64,000 nucleotides of DNA from Candidatus Thalassarchaeaceae archaeon (lineage in GTDB: Archaea > Thermoplasmatota > Poseidoniia > Poseidoniales > Thalassarchaeaceae). Below, in pieces: positions 8,634-21,100 of this stretch (its first letter is position 1; every line of letters begins with the position of its first letter). Below the pieces are notes generated by a model. That model was not told the origin of the DNA and searched no databases. It saw only the letters and a list, made by a program, of their open reading frames with translations. The stretch spans positions 6,383-70,382 of the forward strand of contig JALRLV010000001.1 of NCBI GenBank assembly GCA_023268715.1, read 5' to 3'. Position numbers and translations under genes: made by a program.

Positions 8634-10432
8634 GCAATCACCTCTTTTGTATCGCTGGATAGGGTCTCTAATATCATATCAGCGTATACTCGGGCACGAG
8701 GAGGAATTCCATCGCTGAAAGCAACAGAATGCAATTTGCTTAGGAGTTCAACTGGTAACTCTTTGCGAAGAATTCCGAATAGCTGACCATCTCGGTTTAT
8801 CTCCAATACCACTACTTGATCATGTTCTGCAATAAATCGTTCTACCTCTGAGTGGTATGGCAACGCCCTGACTCTACAAGTGCTAACCTTCATGCCTGTA
8901 GTTGATTCGAGAATATCATCGATTTCTGTGATCGTATTTTCAACAGAACCGTAGTAGATTATTCCAACCTGCTTGTCCTTTTCTTCACGCATGACTGGAG
9001 CAGGAAGTTTGTCTCTTGCACCCTCAATCTTGCGCTTCAAACGAGCCACAGTAGCTGCATATACTTCGGGATCTTCGGAATATACTCCATCTTCATCGTG
9101 TCCGGTGCCTCTGTAAAGAATTGGCTCTAATCCGCTACCTGGTAGAGTTCGATATGGAATTCCATCTCCGTCTACATCTCTGTATCGTCCAAAATTCTCG
9201 ATAGCATCGAGTTGTTCTTGGGTTCGAATTACCTTGCCTCTGTCCAACTTCTGGTCTGGATATTCGAATCCTGCTGTTACCCATCTATTCATTCCTAAGT
9301 CTAAGTCAGAGAATCCGAAGACAAGAGTCTGGTATTGTTCTGCTACATCGAAGGCCCGCCAACCAAATTCAAAGCATTCATCGACTGTTCCGGGAATCAA
9401 TACAATATGTTGAGTGTCTCCATGGCTAGCTTCGTAAAGCAAAGTCAGGTCACCCTGTTGAGTTCTAGTTGGAAGTCCGGTCGAAGGGCCTACTCGATTT
9501 ACGTCCCAAATTACTCCGGGGACCTCAGCGAAGTAAGCCAATCCAATGAACTCGGACATCAAGGAAATACCCGGCCCGCTGGTACAGGTCATTCCTCTTC
9601 CACCAGCCCAGCCTGCTCCGACTACCATTCCTACAGCCGCTAATTCATCCTCGGCTTGGATAACTGCACAAGTAGCTCCGCCGTCTTCCGCTTGGCGAAG
9701 TTTTGGTAGCCAGTTGATGATAGATTCAGCAAGAGAGGATGATGGAGTGATTGGGTACCAAGATAACATGTTGATTCCACCAAAAATACATCCTAACGCG
9801 GCCGCTTCGTTACCTTCGATTAGGAATGTGTTTGGATCTTTATCTCGAGCCTCAACAGTATAGCCAATATCACAATTCCAGTTTTCTCTTGCAAATTCCC
9901 GACCCTCAGAGATGGCTTGAAGATTCAATTCTATCGCCTTTTCCTTACCGTTAAATTGCTGAGCCACAGCCGAAGCAATTGCTGCTTCATCGATACGGAG
10001 AGTTTCAGCAAGTGCCCCAACATAATACATGTTGGCAATCATTCTAGCAAGTTTTGGGTTAATAGCTCGAGCCATCTTTGTCATCGGCATTCCGAGCACA
10101 ACACAATCATCTCTTTCCACTGGCAATTTTACATCCATGTTGTGGATGATGATTGTCCCAGGCTCAGCCTTCTCCACATCAGCCAGCCAAGTATCCTTGT
10201 TCATTACAACCTGAATGTGAGTGACATCCCCTGGGGCCTGATAACCCTCATCACTAGCTCGGATGATAAACCATGTTGGTAATCCCGAGATATTGCTAGG
10301 GAAGAGATTTTTCCCGCTTACAGGAACTCCCATTTCGAACATTGAGTGAAGTAGAATCAGGTTCGCAGACTGCGACCCTGTTCCATTTGCAGTGGCGATA
10401 TTGATTGTAAAATCGTTGACGGTTTTTGCCAT
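8630..10432 (-). CDS. 2-oxoacid:ferredoxin oxidoreductase, fused gamma/alpha subunit
   Basis: The N-terminus ANGTGSQSANLIL...GKNLFPSNISGLPTWF is gamma-domain-like. The alpha domain (YPITPSS) follows. I took the start at ATG 10432 (MAKTVNDFTINIA); the track GTG at 10465 is also possible. Substrate specificity cannot be read from the sequence. Confidence 0.88.
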   Translation of the reverse strand: MAKTVNDFTINIATANGTGSQSANLILLHSMFEMGVPVSGKNLFPSNISGLPTWFIIRASDEGYQAPGDVTHIQVVMNKDTWLADVEKAEPGTIIIHNMDVKLPVERDDCVVLGMPMTKMARAINPKLARMIANMYYVGALAETLRIDEAAIASAVAQQFNGKEKAIELNLQAISEGREFARENWNCDIGYTVEARDKDPNTFLIEGNEAAALGCIFGGINMLSWYPITPSSSLAESIINWLPKLRQAEDGGATCAVIQAEDELAAVGMVVGAGWAGGRGMTCTSGPGISLMSEFIGLAYFAEVPGVIWDVNRVGPSTGLPTRTQQGDLTLLYEASHGDTQHIVLIPGTVDECFEFGWRAFDVAEQYQTLVFGFSDLDLGMNRWVTAGFEYPDQKLDRGKVIRTQEQLDAIENFGRYRDVDGDGIPYRTLPGSGLEPILYRGTGHDEDGVYSEDPEVYAATVARLKRKIEGARDKLPAPVMREEKDKQVGIIYYGSVENTITEIDDILESTTGMKVSTCRVRALPYHSEVERFIAEHDQVVVLEINRDGQLFGILRKELPVELLSKLHSVAFSDGIPPRARVYADMILETLSSDTKEVIA

Positions 10433-10611
10433 CCTTTTCCGGCTCTCCAGGGGGTCTAGGTGCACATGCGGTATGCTTGGGCAGCGTGCGCCGTGCTAAG
10501 ATTGGTCTTAGCCGTTCCCGTTCAGTAATTCCCCACTAACTGAGGGGCTAAGCAGCCATAATCTCGCTTTACAGGTTTGATTTTCCATCCGTTGCGGTTT
10601 TCAAGGGGTGC

Positions 10612-11667
10612 GTGGTCGGCGGGCTCATGCCTACAGGACCGAGCTCTCTGAAGGACGCCCTATCAAGAGCAACCTCAATGATTGAATCTGGTGATGTTGA
10701 CGGTGCACTAGAATTACTCAGAACCGAAGCATGGGCCGCAGCAGAAAACAACTCTCACAAGGTGCAAGTCATTTCCTTGGCGGCCGAAGCAAAGATTGCC
10801 AAGGGTGATATTGACATGGCTAATCGAAAGGCACACTGGCAAGACGCACACAATAGTTACCAGCGTGCTCAGAAACTCGAGCCTTCTAACAAAGAGATTC
10901 GTCGTGCTCAAAACAAATTGGCATCAATGATGGATGAGCAATCGATATCTCTAGGCAAAGGTTGGCAATTATTCGACGATGGAAATCCAACGCCTACCGG
11001 ACTTGCAGCTGCATTCGTTGGTTTGATGGTGTTCTTAGTGGCCTTCAAATTTGCAGGAGAATCCTTAGAACAGCCATTGGAAAGTACCGATGTTACCCTA
11101 CAAGTTTCATACATTCACCCGGATGATCCAAACTCACGCCTAGAGGGAGAAATCGTCATACAATTGTATGCATCAGAAGCACCAAAGCATGTTGAAAATT
11201 TCCTCTATTTAGTAGATAACGGAATGTATGATTCAACAATTTTCCATCGAATTATTGATGGTTTCATGATTCAAGGCGGAGACATTGATGATATGAATGG
11301 CGCAGGTGGCTATGCCGGAATTTGGTATGGTTACTGCAACGGACAGATATCTGGAAGCAATGGAGAAATTTACACTTCTGAAAATTGTCCAAGAAGCGAT
11401 TGGACAGTACCTGATGAGGCGGACAATGGTCTCTTGCACGAGCCGAGTGTGATTGCAATGGCAAAGACTTCAGCACCCAACACTGGTGGTAGCCAATTTT
11501 ACATTGTTCCAACCGATAGTACACCAAGTCATCTTGATGGTGTTCACACAGTATTTGGGAAGGTAACTTCGGGAATGAATCACGTTGATGCAATTAGCAA
11601 AGTTGCAACTGGTGGTAGTGATAAACCAGTTGAGGATGTCCGACTTATTCAGGCTTACAGAAGTTAA
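10612..11667 (+). CDS. Membrane-anchored cyclophilin-type peptidyl-prolyl cis-trans isomerase
   Basis: The C-terminal domain has FHRIIDGFMIQGGD, GGSQFYIV and HLDGVHTVFGKV. The N-terminus is helical and TPR-like, followed by one TM helix (LAAAFVGLMVFLVAF). ATG 10627 is an alternative start. Confidence 0.85.
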   Translation: MVGGLMPTGPSSLKDALSRATSMIESGDVDGALELLRTEAWAAAENNSHKVQVISLAAEAKIAKGDIDMANRKAHWQDAHNSYQRAQKLEPSNKEIRRAQNKLASMMDEQSISLGKGWQLFDDGNPTPTGLAAAFVGLMVFLVAFKFAGESLEQPLESTDVTLQVSYIHPDDPNSRLEGEIVIQLYASEAPKHVENFLYLVDNGMYDSTIFHRIIDGFMIQGGDIDDMNGAGGYAGIWYGYCNGQISGSNGEIYTSENCPRSDWTVPDEADNGLLHEPSVIAMAKTSAPNTGGSQFYIVPTDSTPSHLDGVHTVFGKVTSGMNHVDAISKVATGGSDKPVEDVRLIQAYRS

Positions 11668-11758
11668 GCTGGGAACAGCAACCCATCCGTCTCTAAATAA
11701 CTTACAATAGTCACATTGATGGAGGGTTCCCTCACCCAGTAAATCGCGGGGTGTCGTA

Positions 11759-14443
11759 ATGAAGGATTCAGAAGGCTTTGATTCACTGAGAACATTCAAC
11801 AAATCTGACGGCACAGAGGCCGATTTTCACTCACTTTCTCACCTGCAAGAATTAGGTCTCTGTGACCTTGAATCCCTGCCCTTCACCATTCGATTGTTGT
11901 TGGAAGCCGCGCTGCGAAAGTGCGATGATTTTCTCATTACTCGTGAAGATGTAGAACGCATTGCATCATGGTCGCCCTCAATGACTCCAGAAGAAATTCC
12001 ATTCTCACCGAGTAGGGTAATCTTACAGGACTTCACAGGAGTTCCTGCTGTTGTTGATATTGCTGCCCTCAGAGACGCTATGGTAGAGTTGGGCGGAGAT
12101 CCTGAGAAAGTAAACCCACAAGTTCCTGTTGACCTGGTAATCGACCATTCTGTTCAGGTTGATGTCTCCGGCTTGTTTCCAGATGCAAGAGAGAAAAATT
12201 TGGAGATTGAATACCAACGAAACATGGAGCGCTATGAATTCCTAAAATGGGGTCAGCAAAGTTTGGATAATTTCCGTGCAGTACCACCTGGCCGCGGTAT
12301 TGTTCATCAGGTGAATCTAGAGTGGATTGCTAGTGTTGCTAGAGAAGAAAATGGTGTATGGTTACCCGACACTCTAGTCGGCACAGATAGTCACACAACC
12401 ATGATCAATGGCCTTGGTGTTCTAGGCTGGGGTGTCGGTGGGATTGAGGCTGAGGCGGTAATGTTAGGTCAGCCGATTTACATGCTTCTTCCAGAAGTCT
12501 GTGGTTTTGAGTTAACCGGCTCGCTAAGACCTGGAGTAACAGCCACCGATATGACACTAAGGATAGTACAGATGCTGAGGGAGCATGGAGTGGTTGGAAA
12601 GTTTGTAGAATTCCATGGCTCAGGGCTTGCAAATCTAAGCCTTCCAGACAGAGCAACAATTGCTAACATGGCTCCTGAATACGGGGCAACATGTGGATTC
12701 TTCCCAGTCGATGAAATCACCCTAGATTACATGCGACTTTCAGGCAGGGATGAATCTCATATTGAAGATGTCAAAAGCTATCTATCTGCTCAGGGAATGT
12801 TCCACACATCAAAAACTCCTACTCCCTCTTTTACAAGCCACCTGTCGCTCGATTTATCGACTGTAGAGCCCGCATTGGCTGGTCCGAAAAGGCCACAGGA
12901 CAGGGTCGACCTTTCAGCGATGAAAAATCATTGGAAAAACAGTCTAAATGCACCACTCGGTCATAGTGGACATGGGATTGAAGAAAGCAAGAATCAATCC
13001 TCTGCTACAGTCGGTTCTAGAGGAATTGATCTGAAACACGGCGATATCGTAATCGCCGCGATAACTAGTTGTACGAACACAAGCAACCCCAGTGTAATGA
13101 TTGCCGCTGGTTTACTGGCACGAAAAGCTAGGGAAGCGGGATTATCGATTGCACCCAGTGTAAAGCCAAGTTTGGCTCCGGGTTCTAGAGTTGTAACCGA
13201 GTATTTTGATGCCGCTGGACTTACCGAAGATCTGGACTCTCTGGGATTCAGCGTGGTTGGATACGGATGCACCACCTGTATAGGAAATTCCGGCCCCTTA
13301 GATGCTGATATCGAAGCAGCAATCGATGAGGCGGATTTGATTGTTGGAAGCGTACTCTCAGGAAATCGAAATTTCGAAGGTAGAATTCATCAGAAGGTCA
13401 AAGCAAACTATCTTGCAAGCCCACCTTTAGTGGTAGCTTATGCAATAGCAGGCACGCTAGATATTGATTTTGAGTCAGAGCCGATAGGAAATGGAGAAAA
13501 TGGTCCCGTAATGCTAGCCGATATTTGGCCAAGCGACGATGAGATCAAACAAACTATTGATACTTCAATCGACCCAGAAATGTTCCGAAAGCGCTATTCA
13601 GATGTTCTGCAAGAACCACGATGGGACGCGATTAGTAGTTCAGAATCTGCCCTGTACCCATGGGCAGATGATTCAACTTATGTGCGACTCCCTTCCTTCT
13701 TTGAAGGAATACTTCCAAAACCTGCTCCAATTGAACCTATTCATGGAGCAAAAGTTCTCCTCAAGTTAGGAGATTCTGTCACTACAGACCACATTAGTCC
13801 TGCTGGCGCTTTCCCTCACCATGGGCCAGCAGGCGAATACCTGATTTCAAAGGGAGTCGAACCTCGAGACTTCAACTCATTTGGAAGTCGACGTGGTAAT
13901 CATGAGGTGATGATGAGAGGAACCTTCGCCAATGTTCGTATTCGAAATCATATAGCGCCCGGGACTGAAGGGGGTTTCACCACTCATTTTCCAACGGATG
14001 AAGTAACTTCGGTATTCGATGCCAGCATGAGGTACCAAGCAGAGGGAACACCACTCGTAGTATTGGCAGGTACTCAATACGGAACAGGTAGTAGCAGAGA
14101 CTGGGCTGCTAAAGGCACACTTCTCTTGGGGGTGAAGGCTGTGATTGCGACCTCCTTTGAGAGAATTCATCGCTCCAATCTAGTTGGAATGGGTGTACTA
14201 CCATTGACTTTCCCAGAAGGTGAAAACGCAGACTCATTGGGTCTTGATGGGACAGAGACTTTCGATATTCCCGCCAGCGCTGATTTAGTTCCACTATCCA
14301 CCATCAGAGTGAAAGCGATAAAGGAAAATGGAGATGTTATTGAATTCGATGCTATTGTAAGATTAGACACTCCAGTGGAGGTCGACTATTACCGAAATGG
14401 GGGCATCCTTCAGACCGTTTTGCGTAATTTGGCAGAGACTTGA
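11759..14443 (+). CDS. acnA: Aconitate hydratase A
   Basis: The protein is 894 aa. Motifs seen: [46 protein letters not shown] and SGNRNFEGR. Confidence 0.95.
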   Translation: MKDSEGFDSLRTFNKSDGTEADFHSLSHLQELGLCDLESLPFTIRLLLEAALRKCDDFLITREDVERIASWSPSMTPEEIPFSPSRVILQDFTGVPAVVDIAALRDAMVELGGDPEKVNPQVPVDLVIDHSVQVDVSGLFPDAREKNLEIEYQRNMERYEFLKWGQQSLDNFRAVPPGRGIVHQVNLEWIASVAREENGVWLPDTLVGTDSHTTMINGLGVLGWGVGGIEAEAVMLGQPIYMLLPEVCGFELTGSLRPGVTATDMTLRIVQMLREHGVVGKFVEFHGSGLANLSLPDRATIANMAPEYGATCGFFPVDEITLDYMRLSGRDESHIEDVKSYLSAQGMFHTSKTPTPSFTSHLSLDLSTVEPALAGPKRPQDRVDLSAMKNHWKNSLNAPLGHSGHGIEESKNQSSATVGSRGIDLKHGDIVIAAITSCTNTSNPSVMIAAGLLARKAREAGLSIAPSVKPSLAPGSRVVTEYFDAAGLTEDLDSLGFSVVGYGCTTCIGNSGPLDADIEAAIDEADLIVGSVLSGNRNFEGRIHQKVKANYLASPPLVVAYAIAGTLDIDFESEPIGNGENGPVMLADIWPSDDEIKQTIDTSIDPEMFRKRYSDVLQEPRWDAISSSESALYPWADDSTYVRLPSFFEGILPKPAPIEPIHGAKVLLKLGDSVTTDHISPAGAFPHHGPAGEYLISKGVEPRDFNSFGSRRGNHEVMMRGTFANVRIRNHIAPGTEGGFTTHFPTDEVTSVFDASMRYQAEGTPLVVLAGTQYGTGSSRDWAAKGTLLLGVKAVIATSFERIHRSNLVGMGVLPLTFPEGENADSLGLDGTETFDIPASADLVPLSTIRVKAIKENGDVIEFDAIVRLDTPVEVDYYRNGGILQTVLRNLAET

Positions 14444-14474
14444 ATTGAAATCTGAAAACCCAACCGGTGATAAC

Positions 14475-15101
14475 ATGACTGACGAGGCGAATATCCGCTT
14501 TTCATTCCGCTCGAATGAGCATGATGTAGAAGTTGTAATTCAGGGTCCACCGTCTTGGGTTAACCTATATCGTGAACGAATAGGCCTCGAAGGAGACATA
14601 GGATACACCCAATCAGTTCACGGCTCAAGTACAGATTCTTCTGAAGGCTCTGAAATCTCAAAAGCCGCAAGAGAACTACCTGGGCCACCTCCTGATCCAA
14701 GTCGATTACCTTCTATTGTAAGAGTCGTCGGAGACCTCGACGTAGATGCCGGTGTATCGGAATTAGGAGTCCCTGAAAGAACCGAACCTAACCTTGCAGA
14801 AATCAGTTTATTTTTAGAAGAATTAGAAGAAGACCCCGAGCCACTATCTGATAATATTTCAGGAGATCCAATGGCTGAATCTTGGATTCAACTGGTGATG
14901 ACTTTAGTGGTTCGGGAACATGGCCACACCTCGCTTTCAGTTGGCTCAATAGAGAGCCTACTGAGTGACCGAATCAATCGCTCCGGAGTCGAGCTTCAGA
15001 TGTTCCTAGACAGGCTTTGGTTGCTCGGTAAACTTGAGCGAATACACGGCGGTGCTGAGACTCAATACGCTCCCAATCCGAGTTGGCTTGAAGCAAGTTA
15101 A
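14475..15101 (+). CDS. Hypothetical acidic protein
   Basis: The ORF start is trimmed to ATG 14475 (MTDEANIRF) to avoid overlapping acnA. No family was recognised. It sits immediately upstream of the giant surface protein gene. Confidence 0.5.
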   Translation: MTDEANIRFSFRSNEHDVEVVIQGPPSWVNLYRERIGLEGDIGYTQSVHGSSTDSSEGSEISKAARELPGPPPDPSRLPSIVRVVGDLDVDAGVSELGVPERTEPNLAEISLFLEELEEDPEPLSDNISGDPMAESWIQLVMTLVVREHGHTSLSVGSIESLLSDRINRSGVELQMFLDRLWLLGKLERIHGGAETQYAPNPSWLEAS

Positions 15102-15120
15102 TTTTGCGAATTTCAGCCAT

Positions 15121-15137
15121 CAACCCCATAGGGGTTG
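15121..15137 (+). terminator. Perfect 7-bp/3-nt-loop hairpin after the stop codon
   Basis: CAACCCC-ATA-GGGGTTG lies 20 nt after the stop at 15101. No U tract follows, so its function is uncertain. Confidence 0.3.
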
Positions 15138-15170
15138 GAAAAACATCATCCCATTAGGCATAATAATGAA

Positions 15171-18100
15171 ATGAAATTCGGCCAAGCCATGATGTCCCTG
15201 TCCACGAACGCCCAATCTGAATCAAAAGAAGGTCGAGTAGCGATTTTCTTGGTTATGCTGATGTTAAGTTCTACAATGCTATCATTGGTTCCAACCGTAT
15301 CCGCTTCACGCATTACTCAATATGCTGTTCAGAGAGATCCCTCTTTCATTTCGATAGGGGATATTGACTGTGACGATCACAATGATATCGTCTCGGCTAG
15401 TTCAATGGGTCACTTCATTACGGCACTCTACAATGACGGCATGGGTGGATTTGGAGACAGGCAGGATGTCTTCATCTCTAACAACGATTCATTCCGCGCT
15501 GGATTCAGGGATACAGCTGACGGAACTAGAGTCTATGTTGCCGATGTTGATGGTGACGGTGTTAACGACGTTGTCTATTACCAACAAAACATCCGATTCG
15601 TTGGAGGGCCCATGGTTCCTGGAAATCTCACTGTACTTTGGGGAGATTGTGATGAAAGAATCAACAATTGGAATCCTTCTGAGGCAATTACAGTTAGCAA
15701 CCCATATCTTCAGGACATGGATGTCGAGGATATCGACGGAGATGGAGATGCAGATATTGTAATGAATGTAGTAGACCCTACCTTCACAAATAACTACATC
15801 AACATATACAAGGGTCCTGATCCAACTCAAATAACAGCCCAACAAACTATTCCAGTTCCACTAACCACTGGATTGTACACGAACCTAATTCTAGGTCATT
15901 GGGGAGAGGATGTTCTCGGTGGTGGAATCGGCGGTTCTCTAGGTGATTGTGAAGATATGGACATTTGGCTGCTACGTTCCCCTCCATATAACACAGGTGT
16001 GGGATTCTCAAACGGCCACTATGACAACATGACTGTGCTTGAATACGACTGTACACTTGGAACCTATCCAAATCCCTTAGATGCAACTGCAAACGGCGTA
16101 CACAATTTCAAATTGGATGCCGAACACAACTATCCACTGTACGGAATCGACATTTCTGATACAAATGATGATGGTGAAATAGACCTGATTGCTGCAGTTG
16201 ATGGAATTACAGGCAATATATCCTATGCAACCCGTACAGGTTCATCTTGGGACACTCAAAATTATGTCACTCTAGGAGACTACTTAGGCGCCTCCATTAC
16301 CATTGCTGATGTTAATCGAGATGGAAAAATGGATTTCTTTGTTCCAACAGAGGTTACTCTAACTCGCTTGCAGGATTCAAGTGCACAGAACCAAACATAC
16401 CTGCTAGTAGACAATCTACGTGAAGTAAATACAGTAGAAATCATTCTCGGAAATCCTAACGGTAATGGGTACCTATCATCGCTTTCCTTCGATGTTGGTC
16501 GCCGACCTACCATGGCAGTTCCAGGTCAACTTGCAGGTGGAGAGAACAGTGCTTATGAGATAGCCATTGGACAGAGAGACAGGTCATACCGATTCGCAAA
16601 TAGCGCTATGTGGCTTGATACTCAAGGATGGGCCGGAGCTGGTGATTTCCTATCCGTCCTCAGTCTAGACAACGAAGATGTAGGAATAACAGAGGTTAGT
16701 ATTGCACCAGCGGCATATGATCCAGCGACGGGAGCAGCAATGATTGGCGAGGGTAACCGATTTGTCAACCTAACTGTGAAAAATACTGGTCTAAACCCTA
16801 TTTCAGGATCAATTGATGTCGACTTAGAAGTTAAGGAAGTTCTCGATGGAATCGACACCCTAGTCTACTCAAATGACTTCGAGGGCAACATCGACAATGC
16901 CAATTGCCCATCTTGTACGATTGTCCTAAAATCATACACCGGGGAATACGCTGCTGGCTCATCCTCATGGCACAAGGAATCGAATGCATCCCTCGATTCA
17001 AACGGTTCAGCCACGGACGATTGGTGGGAAGCTGACACAAACCCGACCACCTATATGTGGGCCGGAATGGACCATAACAACGAAGACAACGAATCTGGTT
17101 ATTACAACAACATGGATGAGGCATTCATTATCGAAAATGTAGATTTGACTGGTGCCGATGCGGCATATCTAGACTTAGATCTGTTCTGCAGCGCAGCATT
17201 CTTTGAATTGTATTTGGCCGAGCAATATGCTGTAGTTGAGCGTTGGTTGTATGAGGATTCCTGTGGTATCGAAGTTTGGAGTGATGGTAACGGATGGGAA
17301 CAAGTGTTCTTCACCGGTGGTTGGGACAATGAGAGATACCTGCGGCTCTACGGATTCGGATATGACCCGGAATACAACACATACAATGGAAACTTTGCGA
17401 CAAATACAATCTCACCTTGGGCCAGTTACTCTGGAGAAAATGCAATCGACCTTACTCGGTATGCAGGTGAGGTTATCGACATCCGATTCCGCTTCCGAAG
17501 CGGATTGATGGGAAGCGTTGGCCCAGACGGTTCGTCTCAGGACACTGGATTGGATGGGTTCGCGTTCGACAATATCTCGATTCGCAAAACCGATGTAATA
17601 TTCGGTTCCGAAGAAGTAGTGAGTCAAACTCTTACATTCTCTAACTTCGCAGCTGGTGCTACCGAAGAAGTTTCACTCACTGCTGATTTCATTGACAACC
17701 GAACCTACTACATCAAGACTGAATTGACCAATCCTAACGGATTCAACAACGCAGATGCAACAAATGACGAGGTCAAATTCCAAATTACTGTCAAGAACCT
17801 ATTCGACCCGGGTGTTGCAGAGGAGCCATGGCTTAGCCTAGAGAATGGATTGAGATATGCATCGGGCGATCGCGACATAGAGATTAGAGTTCAGAATTAT
17901 GGAAACACTTTGACCGACTTCCAATTGGAAACTGTAGTCAGGAACGCTCTTCCCGATCTAATCGCCATAGAGGATTTCTCAGGGTTAGAACCGATTTGGG
18001 AAGATGATGGAAACCAAAATGGAAGCCGTTTAGATGATACAAATGGAGACCATCCAATGCTACCACAAAGCAGAGGAGTCTTCAATTCCTTTGCATATTG

Positions 18101-21100
18101 GTTAGGTGACCCAGACGCAGGTTATGGGGACAATTGGGACGAGTCTCTAACTCTCGATCCATTCCAAGTCGCAGTTGGTGGAACCGACTTCACTTACCTA
18201 ACGTTTGATTACTTTGCAGAGGGAGATTATCTATCGGATTCGAATGGAAATATCCTCGCGATACGCGACGCCGCGGGACTAGAAATTGAATGGTCTAAAG
18301 GTGGAGAAATCTATCGCGGAACCGTTTGGGGAAGTTGGACGGATCTAAACGAAAATGGACTGAGGCCCTTCCAAGATGGTAGTGGCCTTGGGGCGTGTGA
18401 AGATTTCGACAATAATGGACGACTTGATGAAGTAGAATACATGGGTGACTATTCCGATCGTTACGAGTCGGTAGTTTGGTTTGATTCCGAAAGCTTAGTC
18501 AAATCCGTCATAATTGATATGACCCACATCACCCTGCTAAATCAGACCTCCAATGACACCTTTGAGTGGAGAGCCGAGTGCACAGATCTATCGGGGTCAG
18601 AAGTTACCTTGACATGGAGATTCCAATCGAATGACGACGGGGTCAATGGGAATGCAGGTCTTGCTGGATTTGCAGTTGACAACATTCGTATCGATGAATT
18701 CACTTTCGAAGATGACGGAACTTACATCAGTGACATCAACGGATTGGATGCTTCAGAGCGCCAAGACGTTACGGTGGCGACCCACGACTTTACGTCCGGT
18801 ATTTATCGAATAGACAGTAGGACTTTATTCAACAACACTATTCAAGGAACATCCTGGTTCAATCAATCAGAGATTACAACCGCGAATAACAACACCCAGA
18901 TTATATTCAGTATCGCAAGCGCCGACATAACCTTGATGGAACCAAATGTGCTTGATTGTGTCTCCGACATTACATACAAGTGTGCATACACATACGACTC
19001 GGCATCTCAGCACTCATTCACAGTACCGCTACTGAATGGAGTAATCGCAGGTGAATATGAGGTTAACATGAAGATTGTAGATATGACAACAGGTCAGACT
19101 GTCTACGAACAAGCGGCTGATAATGGGCCGTTCGATCTTGAACCTCATGCTCGAGACTTTGCCAATTGGACCGCGCCATACAATGGATGGTATGATGGCC
19201 GTAAATACAACATCAGTTTCTATGCAATATTGACTGAAGATGGAGACCCATCAGGAAACGACCGTTTCTTCGAGATTGAATTCCATGACACCGTCGACGT
19301 CGCAATTCTGTCTAACCCTACCGACCAGAATCGTTTGCAGAGGGTAAAGCAGGACCTAGAATCGATGGGTATGACATACACTCAACTATCGGTAAGCGAT
19401 TGGGATAGATACGCTACCGAAAATTGGATGTCACATTACGAGAAGATATTGCTACCATGGCAGACCGACTACAATGTCGAGTATGGAGAATACTACGAGA
19501 CCCTCGCATCCACCAGGGACTCTGACGGTCTATCGGTTACGGAGGTTCTAGAAGCATACATGGTAAATGGAGGAACTGTTCAGATTCACCTAGGACCATA
19601 TCGCAACGAATACCAGCCAAATCGACTGCCTTTCGGAATGGACATTGCAATGCGAAATCAATGGAATAATACAGTCACAAACGAAGACCTAGTGATTGTC
19701 GATGCTTACCACCCATTGATGACTAACGTCGACACTGCAGCCTTCGCAGGGGTTCATGGCGGATCTTACGTTGCTTTGGCAGGACTCGATACTGCACAGG
19801 TACAGTTCGACCAAATTCCACAAGTCTGTGGTGGCCGAATTAGCGATCCAACTGGAACCTTCCACACATTGATGCGAAGCGAATCATTCGATTCACAGTC
19901 ATTACTTTCGATTTGTAACCGTGGTGCAGGTGGAATGATAGTGACTACCTTGGATGTAGAGAATCCAAGCTTCTCTCAACCATTTGGTGGAACATCAATG
20001 CCGCTTCTATCGAATATGCTGGGCTATCATGTAACTCCGTACCCTAACAACTTTGGAATTGCTGGCGATGGATTTGACCTCACAGTGAATGGTGAAGCAC
20101 CCTCTATTGACACAGTAACAGGTGCTTATGCAACCATGTACATCAAGTCGAACTCCGAACTTGATTTCTCATTCTTGACTTCAGATTCATCTTTGGCCGA
20201 TAGCATTACCGCTGATTGGACATTACAATCCACAGACATGAATGAATCAGTCACAGGATGGTCAGGAGAGATAATTGACTATGGCGAAATCAGTCATTCC
20301 CGTCAAATCAGTCCTAGCATACCAGCATTGGGTAATTTCTGTGTTGGTGACACTAGCTCCTCCACAGGATGTAGAATAGGAGCAGAATGGCTTCTGACAT
20401 TGTACTTGCACGATGAAAACGGTCATACGCGAATCACTTACATTCGTCTCGTAACCGACGACACATTAGCTGATGAATTCCGACCTAACGCAGACTTACA
20501 ACTAATCGAAGACGACGTTACAGAAGAGTTTGTCAGCCTTGATGGAACTAAGACAGTCGGCGGTGTGGATTGGCCTATTTATCGAGTTAGATTGACCGAC
20601 AGCGGCGACATCAGTTTGTCCTTTGATTCTTCAGCAAGCTCTGATGATGACGCGCCAGAGGGTGAGAGAGGAATTGAGATGTTTGAGTACAGAGTATTCT
20701 TCGATTATCCTGTAGATTCTACAAATCCAACACTAGAAGGCCACACTTTCCAAGTGCCTAATGCAGCTGGTGGTGACATGTGGAATTACGTATTCCGAAA
20801 CATGACCAGTGATGGAACTTTGGAGAATCAAATTAGGCTAGAATTGATTGTATACGATCGTGCTGGAAAACAGTCAGATAAGGCACGAATTTACTTCATT
20901 GTGGTCGGAGAAGACTTCGGAGATGACCCACCAGTTGTCGATATTACTTCACCTCGTTCAACAGATTCTCAGAGTGAGGATTTGGTCACAATCAATGGAG
21001 TTGTGACTTCGGGTGCTGAAAATGGTGTTTTGATTGAGGTGGCATTGGATCCATCGGTTCTAGATTTGACTCCATCTCCTAAGGCAACTCAGAAGGCGCT

